A stretch of 64,000 nucleotides of DNA, from contig CP074575.1 of NCBI GenBank assembly GCA_018394315.1, forward strand, positions 620,001-684,000. Direction: 5' to 3'. The notes beneath the pieces are model-generated. The model made no database searches and had not been told where the DNA came from. It saw nothing but the letters and a program-made list of their open reading frames with translations. Positions within the stretch are counted from its first letter, which is position 1. Every line of letters begins with the position of its first letter. Source of the stretch: Mycoplasmatota bacterium (GTDB taxonomy: Bacteria > Bacillota_I > Bacilli_A > MAG-NZ). Position numbers and translations under genes: made by a program. Shown here in pieces: positions 56,574 through 64,000 of this stretch.

Positions 56574-57851
56574 ATGTTAAAAGTAAAAAATTATAAAATC
56601 ATTAGAGAAGCAGAAATCAAAGTTGATGGTATTGTAGTATTGGCTGGGAAAAATAACACAGGAAAGAGTACAATAAGTGACTGTATGTATTACTCATCAA
56701 TAAAGGAAAGCCTAGGTGAAAAAGATTTTATGGCAGATTTATCTAATTATTGTTATGAAAGAATCAAAGAAGTTACAGGATTTACGCGTTCTAGTATTTT
56801 GAGGGATAATAAGAAATTAAAAGATTTCTATTCAAGATTTGATGATTTTTTATTAAATCTTACAGGATTTATGCATCCTGAAGATATATATAAATCTTGT
56901 AAATCTTTTCGTGAGCACACTGAGATAATACTCAGGGATGTTTTGGGTCTGGAAAAGAACAGATCAAGTAAAAATAGACTATATAGAAGTACTTTCTTAA
57001 ATTATAAGGATATTTTTGAAGAATTAATGTTGTTCATTGAGGAAAGCGACTTTGATGAATTTGTTGATAAATATGCTGACTCCTTACACAGTACTATTTT
57101 TCCTGAAGGTACTTTACCTAGGTTTAACAATTTAATTATGAGTGAAAGAAACTATAAGCAAACACTTTCCTTTGGTAATGGTTGTAAAATTAATAATGCA
57201 ATATATGTGAAAAGCCCTGTACTATGGGCTGAAAATTCTAATAGAAATAGATTTGATGAGAACCCAACTCTTCATTTAATTAAAAAAAATAAAACTGATT
57301 ACTTATCATATTTAACATCAACAAAAAAAACTTTCAGCAGCATCTATGGTGAAGATAAAGAAATCGGAATAGTAGCAGATTTTGTACATGAAGCCGAAAA
57401 AATTATTGAAGGGTCATTGTTCCTGGATAAGAACAATGAAATTAAATTTACAAATAAGTTTGGTAATGAGTTCACTTTAAATGAGATGGGAACAGGGTTT
57501 TCCAATTTTGCAATTTTATTACTATTGATCCAACATAACCAAATAGATGAGAATACACTTATTATATTCGATGAGCCTGAATCACACCTTCATACATTAT
57601 GGCAGTATGATATTGGTAGATTGTTTGTATTGATGCACAAGTACTTCAAATGTCCCATTTTCATTAACTCTCACAGTTCTCTAATTATTGAATCAATCGA
57701 ATCAAATTCAGAAGAGCAAGCGATAGAGGCTAATTATTACCTTACAAGCAGAAATAAGGATGGTAGTTATACTGTTGAGAACAAAACTGATAATATTAAT
57801 GAAATCTATAGAGAATTATCAAGAGCATCTAGAAAAATTAAATATGGTTAA
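56574..57851 (+). CDS. AAA_15/AAA_21-like ABC ATPase
   Basis: GKNNTGKS, MGTG signature, IIFDEPESHLH, NSHS. Confidence 0.85.
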   Translation: MLKVKNYKIIREAEIKVDGIVVLAGKNNTGKSTISDCMYYSSIKESLGEKDFMADLSNYCYERIKEVTGFTRSSILRDNKKLKDFYSRFDDFLLNLTGFMHPEDIYKSCKSFREHTEIILRDVLGLEKNRSSKNRLYRSTFLNYKDIFEELMLFIEESDFDEFVDKYADSLHSTIFPEGTLPRFNNLIMSERNYKQTLSFGNGCKINNAIYVKSPVLWAENSNRNRFDENPTLHLIKKNKTDYLSYLTSTKKTFSSIYGEDKEIGIVADFVHEAEKIIEGSLFLDKNNEIKFTNKFGNEFTLNEMGTGFSNFAILLLLIQHNQIDENTLIIFDEPESHLHTLWQYDIGRLFVLMHKYFKCPIFINSHSSLIIESIESNSEEQAIEANYYLTSRNKDGSYTVENKTDNINEIYRELSRASRKIKYG

Positions 57852-58386
57852 CCTTATGAAAAAGCAAGATTATATCAGTGCTATTAATTCAACTTATACT
57901 AATTACATAAAGTCTGCAAAGATCATTTCATATGATGATACTAACGATGTCTATGTTACAAGCTTATTAAAGGAATTCTGGGAATTTGATAAAATATCTC
58001 AGAGGGATCATAATGGAGTTAGAAGTGTGGATACAGTTATCATTAATAATGATTTGTTTTTAATAGAATTTAAAAACACAAGATCTCTTAAATCTGCAAA
58101 CATTAGACAGAAATATTTTGATACATTTATAGTTTTACTAGAGTCTTATTATAAGATGCTCAGCAGTAAAATTCATATTGACACTTTTTTGCAGTCATTT
58201 GATTCTGTAAATGTAATAGTTGTTAACTCTCAATATAGACCTAGTCATTCAGCAACTTTGGATGAATATAGAAGGAGATATGAGATTTTGTTTCCAAAGA
58301 TTAAGAATCTAATCTTTGATGCAATGGATCCAGAGGATTTTACAAATCGGTTTTCTGAATTTGACTATGCAACACATTGTTACTAG
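57844..58386 (+). CDS. Small PD-(D/E)XK-like partner of the ATPase
   Basis: RSVD...FLIEFKN...RQK motif; overlaps ATPase stop. Confidence 0.6.
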   Translation: MVNLMKKQDYISAINSTYTNYIKSAKIISYDDTNDVYVTSLLKEFWEFDKISQRDHNGVRSVDTVIINNDLFLIEFKNTRSLKSANIRQKYFDTFIVLLESYYKMLSSKIHIDTFLQSFDSVNVIVVNSQYRPSHSATLDEYRRRYEILFPKIKNLIFDAMDPEDFTNRFSEFDYATHCY

Positions 58387-58610
58387 TCAGAGCAACAGGC
58401 ATAAAACATTAAAACTGCTTTTGGAAGTCATTTATTGACTTCTTTTTTTTAGAAAGTTGTACAATCGATCTCCAACACCGTGGTGATAGATCACACAATA
58501 AGAAGCCTCTAAAAAAGTGGCTTTTGTGATATATATAGAATATGCGCAAATAACATGTTAATATTATTATGTATAAGATTTGAGGATACATCAGTAAGAG
58601 GAGGGGTAAC

Positions 58611-59789
58611 ATGGATAATGGAGTGAGATTTGCATTATTGGATACAAAGAAAGCATTAGATCTATGTGATGTTTATAACGATCTATTGCCACTAAAAGGG
58701 AAGATTCGTAAAGCATATAATAGACTTAAAAACACTAGTAAGACAGGTGATTTGCTCAGATATCTAGAAAAATTTGAAAGTGAAAAGCATAGGGATGCTG
58801 ATGAATTTCAAGTGTTCCATAAATACAATCTTGTGACATTTGAAGAAATGGGACCTATCATTAGAAGGGAATTTAGTGATGAGATACTGAATATTTCCAA
58901 AATTTCTGAGTTAATACTAGGCAAGTCTTATAATAACTATGAAATAATTAACACTTTTCAATGCTCCGAACAAGGAGGTATGAGGAGATCTCACAAAACT
59001 AATACACTCGTAATTGTTTCCGATCATACAAAACCGTTATACGACGATAGATGGGATGAAGAAGGTGTACTTCACTATACTGGCATGGGAAAATCGGGAG
59101 CTATGGACATAGATTTTGCTCAGAACAGAACTGTAAAAGAGTCAGGGGTAAATTCTACAGAGATGCACTTGTTTGAAGTATTTGATAGTAGCACTAATAC
59201 TAAATATGTTTACAGAGGTATTATTGAATTATATGCTCAACCATATCAAGATAATCAAATTGGTGAAGATGGAAACTTAAGGAAAGCCTGGATATTCCCT
59301 CTATTACCGCGTCATCGTTTTACTGTTAACTCAATCAGATTAAAAAAAATTGGTGATGAAAAAGATAAAACTGCTGCTAGAATGTCGGATGAAGTGATAA
59401 ATAAATACGCTAAATCAAGAAGCAATCAACCTCCATCAAAAAGAATTGCTCGCACTGTAATTGTGAATAGAGACCCAATTGTCAAGGAATTCGTAAAGAG
59501 GAGAGCTAATGGGAGATGCGATCTTTGTGATGAAGATGCACCGTTTAAAGTCAAAGAAAAAATTCCATATTTAGAAGTACATCACATAATACAACTAGCT
59601 GATGATGGACCAGATACAATTTATAATGCTGTAGCACTTTGTCCTAACTGTCATAGAAAAGTTCATTATGCTTTAGAAACACAGGACAGAGTAAAAATGT
59701 TAAGAAAACTGGATAAGTATTTAAATAATGATAATGACAAAGAAAATAAGGAAAGTTTTATTAAATTGTTTGCGCTTGGTGAGAACTAG
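58611..59789 (+). CDS. SRA-like domain plus HNH endonuclease (McrA-like)
   Basis: GGMRRS...YDDRW...HYTGMG; CDLC...EVHHI...NAVALCPNCH. Confidence 0.82.
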   Translation: MDNGVRFALLDTKKALDLCDVYNDLLPLKGKIRKAYNRLKNTSKTGDLLRYLEKFESEKHRDADEFQVFHKYNLVTFEEMGPIIRREFSDEILNISKISELILGKSYNNYEIINTFQCSEQGGMRRSHKTNTLVIVSDHTKPLYDDRWDEEGVLHYTGMGKSGAMDIDFAQNRTVKESGVNSTEMHLFEVFDSSTNTKYVYRGIIELYAQPYQDNQIGEDGNLRKAWIFPLLPRHRFTVNSIRLKKIGDEKDKTAARMSDEVINKYAKSRSNQPPSKRIARTVIVNRDPIVKEFVKRRANGRCDLCDEDAPFKVKEKIPYLEVHHIIQLADDGPDTIYNAVALCPNCHRKVHYALETQDRVKMLRKLDKYLNNDNDKENKESFIKLFALGEN

Positions 59790-59829
59790 AATTAAATAGA
59801 TATAAATATTTCAAATAGGAGGGTATGAT

Positions 59830-60051
59830 ATTAATAAAAGAGGAATTGGAGTAGCATTTTGTGGGATTTCTTCATTACTGTTTAGTTCATGGTATATAAG
59901 TGCAGCAATTATCTTTCAAGGGTTGACTAGGTGGAGTGGGAATAAGTTCAAATATTCACTAGGTCAAGTTGGTGTCTTATTACCTTTATTAAGTATTATT
60001 GCTTTAGTAGTAGGGATTGTATATTTAGTAAAATTCAAGAATGAAAGGTAA
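59830..60051 (+). CDS. Small two-TM protein, apparent ATT start (not in ORF track)
   Basis: ggaggg RBS 6 nt before ATT; 73 sense codons (x)NKRGIGVAFCGISSLLF... Confidence 0.5.
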   Translation: MNKRGIGVAFCGISSLLFSSWYISAAIIFQGLTRWSGNKFKYSLGQVGVLLPLLSIIALVVGIVYLVKFKNER

Positions 60052-60314
60052 ATCATAACTATATGATTTATTTTTTTTAGAGTGACATATAGGTGTCAGT
60101 GTGAAGGTGGATATTGAACTTGAGTTAACAAAGATTGAATATAGATTTGAAGAATTAATTTCATAAATTTGGGGTTCACTTCACAGACATTCCTTTTTCT
60201 TGTTACTTTTTTATTATGATACCAAGAATGCAGTAAGAGAAAATATAAAGTATAATTTATCGGGAAATATTGATCCCTTTATGCGCGCTTCTCTGACATA
60301 GAAAGGTTGGAGAA

Positions 60315-60536
60315 ATGAAAGGAAAAGTGGTTAGAAAAGCAATTGAGATTTATCAATTAATGGTTGTAGAAGAAAAAGCATACTCAAAGGAGGAATTATC
60401 TGAAGAATTAAAAGTATCTATAAGAGCTATTCAGGATTACTTTGGAGAAATCAATATTTACCTCTTTGACAGACATGATTATAGGCAGATTTTGTATGAT
60501 CGCTCAATAAAAAAACATGTTATCAAAGCAATCTAA
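60315..60536 (+). CDS. Small winged-HTH protein, copy 2
   Basis: SKEELSEELKVSIRAIQDY HTH; followed by aaaagcag/ctgctttt terminator. Confidence 0.8.
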   Translation: MKGKVVRKAIEIYQLMVVEEKAYSKEELSEELKVSIRAIQDYFGEINIYLFDRHDYRQILYDRSIKKHVIKAI

Positions 60537-60657
60537 AAGCAGAATATATTTCCTGCTTTTTCTTTTACCTGGAAGATAGGCTTCCGACTGACATGATATA
60601 ATGTGTTGAAATATAAAAAAATAATAGATGTAAATAAAGCTTATTTATTGTTCCTTC

Positions 60658-60684
60658 GGGGTTCGAATCCCTCTTTCTCCGCCA
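60658..60684 (+). repeat. Exact 27-bp tRNA-Ser 3' att copy
   Basis: ggggttcgaatccctctttctccgcca equals 37794-37820. Confidence 0.95.
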
Positions 60685-60770
60685 TAAAAACATGATAGGT
60701 AAGCGAAAAAACTTTGATTTAGCCCAAGGGAGTGTATGAGATTCATTCCTGGGGACTTTAGAGTAATTGC

Positions 60771-60960
60771 TTACCTTATTTTATTTATTGGAGAATACTT
60801 GCTGTGTTGCTCTTTTAGATGATTATTTGATAAGTGTAGATACTCTTGAGTTGTTGTTATCTTAGCGTGTCCTAAGGTTTCTCTTACAAATTCTATGTTT
60901 GCACCATTCTCTAAATAGTTAGTAGCATATGTATGACGGAATTTATGAAAGCTTATACTT
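60771..60960 (-). pseudogene. Integrase C-terminal remnant
   Basis: Closely matches 37908-38097 (SISFHKFRHTYAT...YSPINKIR); 5' part deleted. Confidence 0.9.
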
Positions 60961-61580
60961 GATTTTGGAGTAAGGACGGATAGTACAAAATAATCTTCAA
61001 AGTCTTTTATATATTATAAAAGCGTCGCTCATGTAACTTTGTCGTAAGGTTATTAAGTCTGTTTACCTTTCCCATTGTTTCTTTAAGAGTACCTATAGTC
61101 AATTCACTTTCATAACTTCCACTCTCAATTATAATAAAGACTCTGTTAGTAGCTAAAAATTTGCATCAATACCCATAAAATAGACGCTTAAAGCGGCTAT
61201 TTTAAGTAGATGTTTACTATGAAAGAATTTTCCTTGAGTAAAAATTTATCGTGTGATATAGTAACATAACCAGATACTAATAAAATTCAAATGAAGGGAG
61301 GAAGTTAATCGCTGATACAATTATAATGGGAAGGCACCTCAATAAGCTTGGTTAGGTAAGCTAAACAACGTGAAGTTTTATTCCACTTATATTATCAGGT
61401 AGTAAAAAATCATTAAGTAAATTATCTAGAAGTTATGTTATTCTTTATTAATTGTTCTATTAATTGCGGTAAGTTGTAACCACTCTTTCTAAGCTACATG
61501 TTGAAATATTGACACACCTATATTTAGTATAATTATTGGTATGTGGGGAAGTGTCTAAACAGAGTAAGGAGAGAAATAAA

Positions 61581-62261
61581 ATGAAAAAGATTTTTAGTTA
61601 CTTAATATTATTAGTGCTTTCGATTACGTTGGTTTCTGTAAGTGCTAGTGAGTCAAGAGTACAAATAATTACTGATAATCAGAATGTTAGAGTAGTAAAA
61701 GGTGTCGAGGGGGACATAATAACTTATGCAACATATAATAAGATTGCCAATACCCTGGAGTATACAGAATATACTAAGGGTGATAAAGAGAATTCTGTAA
61801 CAACATTGCTCAATCTAAATAATGTTAACATTCCTATTGAAAACGATAGTATTACGACTATGGGAACTTCTATTGAACAAAAAACATATTCGAATTATGA
61901 ATATAAAATAACATTTGGTTCACCAAATCATTGGGAATTAAGAAGACCCCAACCTGGATCATGGACTAGTCTTTACTATTTTACAACTTATGAACGTTCA
62001 GACTTATTAACTGATCTTAATAATTTTAGAAACACAGTGGAAGATATTGATGATTTAGAAAAAGAAATTATTTTCTACGGTGGTGTCGCTATTATTGGAA
62101 CTGTTTTACTACTTATATTCACTTCAGGAACCAGTGCTGGATTACAAGCAGCTTTAGCATCCGCTGGTATATTTGGAGTTGTTGCTGACCTTACTATGGA
62201 TCTTGATCGAGCTATTGACGATGCTTATTATTATTATTTTAGAGTGTATAATGCAAAATAG
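61581..62261 (+). CDS. Secreted protein, geobacillin-26-like bacteriocin candidate
   Basis: Sec signal peptide, TYSNYEY...WELRRP motif recalled from that family, Gly/Ala-rich hydrophobic C-terminal hairpin. Confidence 0.5.
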   Translation: MKKIFSYLILLVLSITLVSVSASESRVQIITDNQNVRVVKGVEGDIITYATYNKIANTLEYTEYTKGDKENSVTTLLNLNNVNIPIENDSITTMGTSIEQKTYSNYEYKITFGSPNHWELRRPQPGSWTSLYYFTTYERSDLLTDLNNFRNTVEDIDDLEKEIIFYGGVAIIGTVLLLIFTSGTSAGLQAALASAGIFGVVADLTMDLDRAIDDAYYYYFRVYNAK

Positions 62262-62457
62262 TTTAATCCTATTTGGTTTTGTTGATGCGGTTTATTGGTT
62301 TATAGCTATCATGTTATTGATTAATGGTATTATTTTATTCTATAAATTTGGCCTAAAAGGAAGTCATGAGGCTTCAAAAAAAGTCGGGATAGTTATGATC
62401 ATATTTTCATTATTAGTAATATTATTTTTATTATATCAAGTATTCTTTTTAAATTAA
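62251..62457 (+). CDS. Small two-TM protein (possible immunity protein)
   Basis: Overlaps upstream stop; two hydrophobic helices. Confidence 0.5.
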   Translation: MQNSLILFGFVDAVYWFIAIMLLINGIILFYKFGLKGSHEASKKVGIVMIIFSLLVILFLLYQVFFLN

Positions 62458-62680
62458 TCTAAGTAAAGTATCTAATACTATTTATATAATACAGCATAAA
62501 TATAATCATTTTGGTAAAATTGATTTTCAAAGGTTGTCATTCGAAAGAATTGCGACCTTTTTTCTTGTAACTTTTTTATGATAATACTAATAATGCAGTA
62601 AGAGAAAATATAAAGTATAATTTAACGGGGAAATATTGATCCCTTGATGCGCGCTTCTCTGACTTAGAAAGGTTGGAGAA

Positions 62681-62902
62681 ATGAAAGGAAAAGTAGTTAG
62701 AAAAGCAATTGAGATTTATCAATTAATGGTTGTAGAAGAAAAAGCATACTCAAAGGAGGAATTATCTGAAGAATTAAAAGTATCGATAAGAGCTATTCAG
62801 GATTACTTTGGAGAAATCAATATTTACCTCTTTGACAGACATGATTACAGGCAGATCATGTATGATCGCTCAATAAAAAAGCATGTTATCAAAGAAATCT
62901 AA
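62681..62902 (+). CDS. Small winged-HTH protein, copy 3
   Basis: 71 of 73 aa identical to copy 2. Confidence 0.8.
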   Translation: MKGKVVRKAIEIYQLMVVEEKAYSKEELSEELKVSIRAIQDYFGEINIYLFDRHDYRQIMYDRSIKKHVIKEI

Positions 62903-63023
62903 AAGCAGAATATATTTTCTGCTTTTTCTTTTACCTGGAAGATAGGCTTCCGACTGATGTGATATAATGCGTTGAAAAATTAAAAATAAATAGATGTAAA
63001 AAAGACTTATTTATTGTTCCTAC

Positions 63024-63050
63024 GGGGTTCGAATCCCTCTTTCTCCGCCA
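63024..63050 (+). repeat. Exact 27-bp tRNA-Ser 3' att copy
   Basis: Equals 37794-37820. Confidence 0.95.
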
Positions 63051-63137
63051 TATAAAATTGATAGGTAAGCGAAAAAACTTAGTTAGAATCTATGGGACTG
63101 CCACAGATTTAGTCTTGAGGACTCTTAAGTTAATTGC

Positions 63138-63236
63138 TTGTCTTTTTTTATATAGTGGAGACTATTCATTGTACTGTTTTTGTAAGTGTTCACTGTATAA
63201 ATGCAAAAAGATTTGTGTAGTAGTAATCTTTGCATT
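63138..63236 (-). pseudogene. Diverged integrase C-terminal remnant
   Basis: Translates AKITTTQIFLHLYSEHLQKQYNE*SPL versus AKITTTQEYLHLSNNHLKEQHNKYSPL in the intact integrase. Confidence 0.8.
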
Positions 63237-63357
63237 TACTAACGTTTCAAGTCGACCTTGATAAGTCATTTTAATTTTACTATTATTCTATATTGAATCG
63301 CTAAATTATTAAACCTAACTAATATGATTATTGCTCAAGTAAAAAAAATCACATTTT

Positions 63358-63801
63358 CTATTTGTTAGGCTCTATAAAATCTTTTATATTTCCTGCTTCT
63401 TTATATTCTGCAATATAAATTTTTTTGAATTCCAAATTTTCATTCGTATATCTCATAAATCCGTTATCTTCTTCAAACTCAAGTGGATAATCTTCTCCTA
63501 TATCCAAAACTATCTTATATTTGGTATAGTAACCTTTATCATGTTTAAAATATGATTTTGGAAACTTTAATTCTGATATAAATTTTAATATTGGCTTCAT
63601 CTCATCTCCAGTATATTCATATACAGGAGGATTCATGTAATCCTCATAATAATCGTAGATTAATACTTTATTCACTTCATCCAAAGGGATTTTTGGAGGC
63701 TTGTTTTCATAATTAGTATCCACAGAAAATACTAAAATTATAGTAACAACTATAACACAAATAAGAATGTACTTCCAATTAACTTTACCTTTCCATTTCA
63801 T
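63358..63801 (-). CDS. Hypothetical membrane-anchored protein
   Basis: aagggga RBS, N-terminal TM. Confidence 0.65.
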   Translation of the reverse strand: MKWKGKVNWKYILICVIVVTIILVFSVDTNYENKPPKIPLDEVNKVLIYDYYEDYMNPPVYEYTGDEMKPILKFISELKFPKSYFKHDKGYYTKYKIVLDIGEDYPLEFEEDNGFMRYTNENLEFKKIYIAEYKEAGNIKDFIEPNK

Positions 63802-64000
63802 ATCTTATCCCCTTATCTTGTTGGAATTGCTTATTTACTCTTAAATATACTCTTCGTGAGTAGATTAATTTAGTTGAACCTGTCACATATATGTTTTTAC
63901 ACAATTATGTATAAGTGATTTGCTGTTACAAATACTTTTTAATTAGCTAAGTTGTTTATTAATGATTCTAATCTTAAAAGGCTTTGGAATTACTGTTCAT

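Larger units (their letters stand above)
37794..64000. mobile_element. Tandem array of tRNA-Ser-integrated elements / defence island (at least 4 units; probably continues past the window)
   Basis: att copies at 37794, 53916 (degenerate), 60658, 63024; one intact and two remnant integrases; repeated end module. Confidence 0.85.

Noticed and set aside
63058..63261. ORF 63058-63261
   Set aside because: Antisense to the integrase remnant and spans the conserved stem-loop

Overview
AT-rich bacterial chromosome segment (genetic code 11). The rRNA, tRNA and housekeeping genes suggest a Bacilli / Mollicutes-related lineage that still has murA; the lineage is inferred. Positions 1-37.8 kb are mostly housekeeping: murA, rpmE, tdk, tadA plus SRP RNA, a two-component pair, mnmG-rsmG-parA-parB, transporters, pckA, one rRNA operon and nine intact tRNAs. 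Two small integrase-less islets are stacked behind tRNA-Gln. From 37.8 kb to the end is a tandem array of at least four related elements integrated at tRNA-Ser(UGA). Only the first keeps an intact tyrosine integrase. The complete units end in a shared module: a small wHTH gene, an outward promoter and a tRNA-Ser 3' att copy. Three units start with a conserved, covarying stem-loop. Cargo is mostly defence-like: Lamassu-like Cap4 nuclease plus SMC ATPase, an Abi-like HEPN protein coupled to a cGAS/CD-NTase-like nucleotidyltransferase, PD-(D/E)XK and ATPase-nuclease genes, an SRA-HNH nuclease and a bacteriocin-like gene. An IS110 element sits inside one repeat. Its ends, circle-junction promoter and candidate bridge RNA guides can be read from the sequence, and its target guide matches the extended -10 promoter box. 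All calls are by eye; no searches were run.
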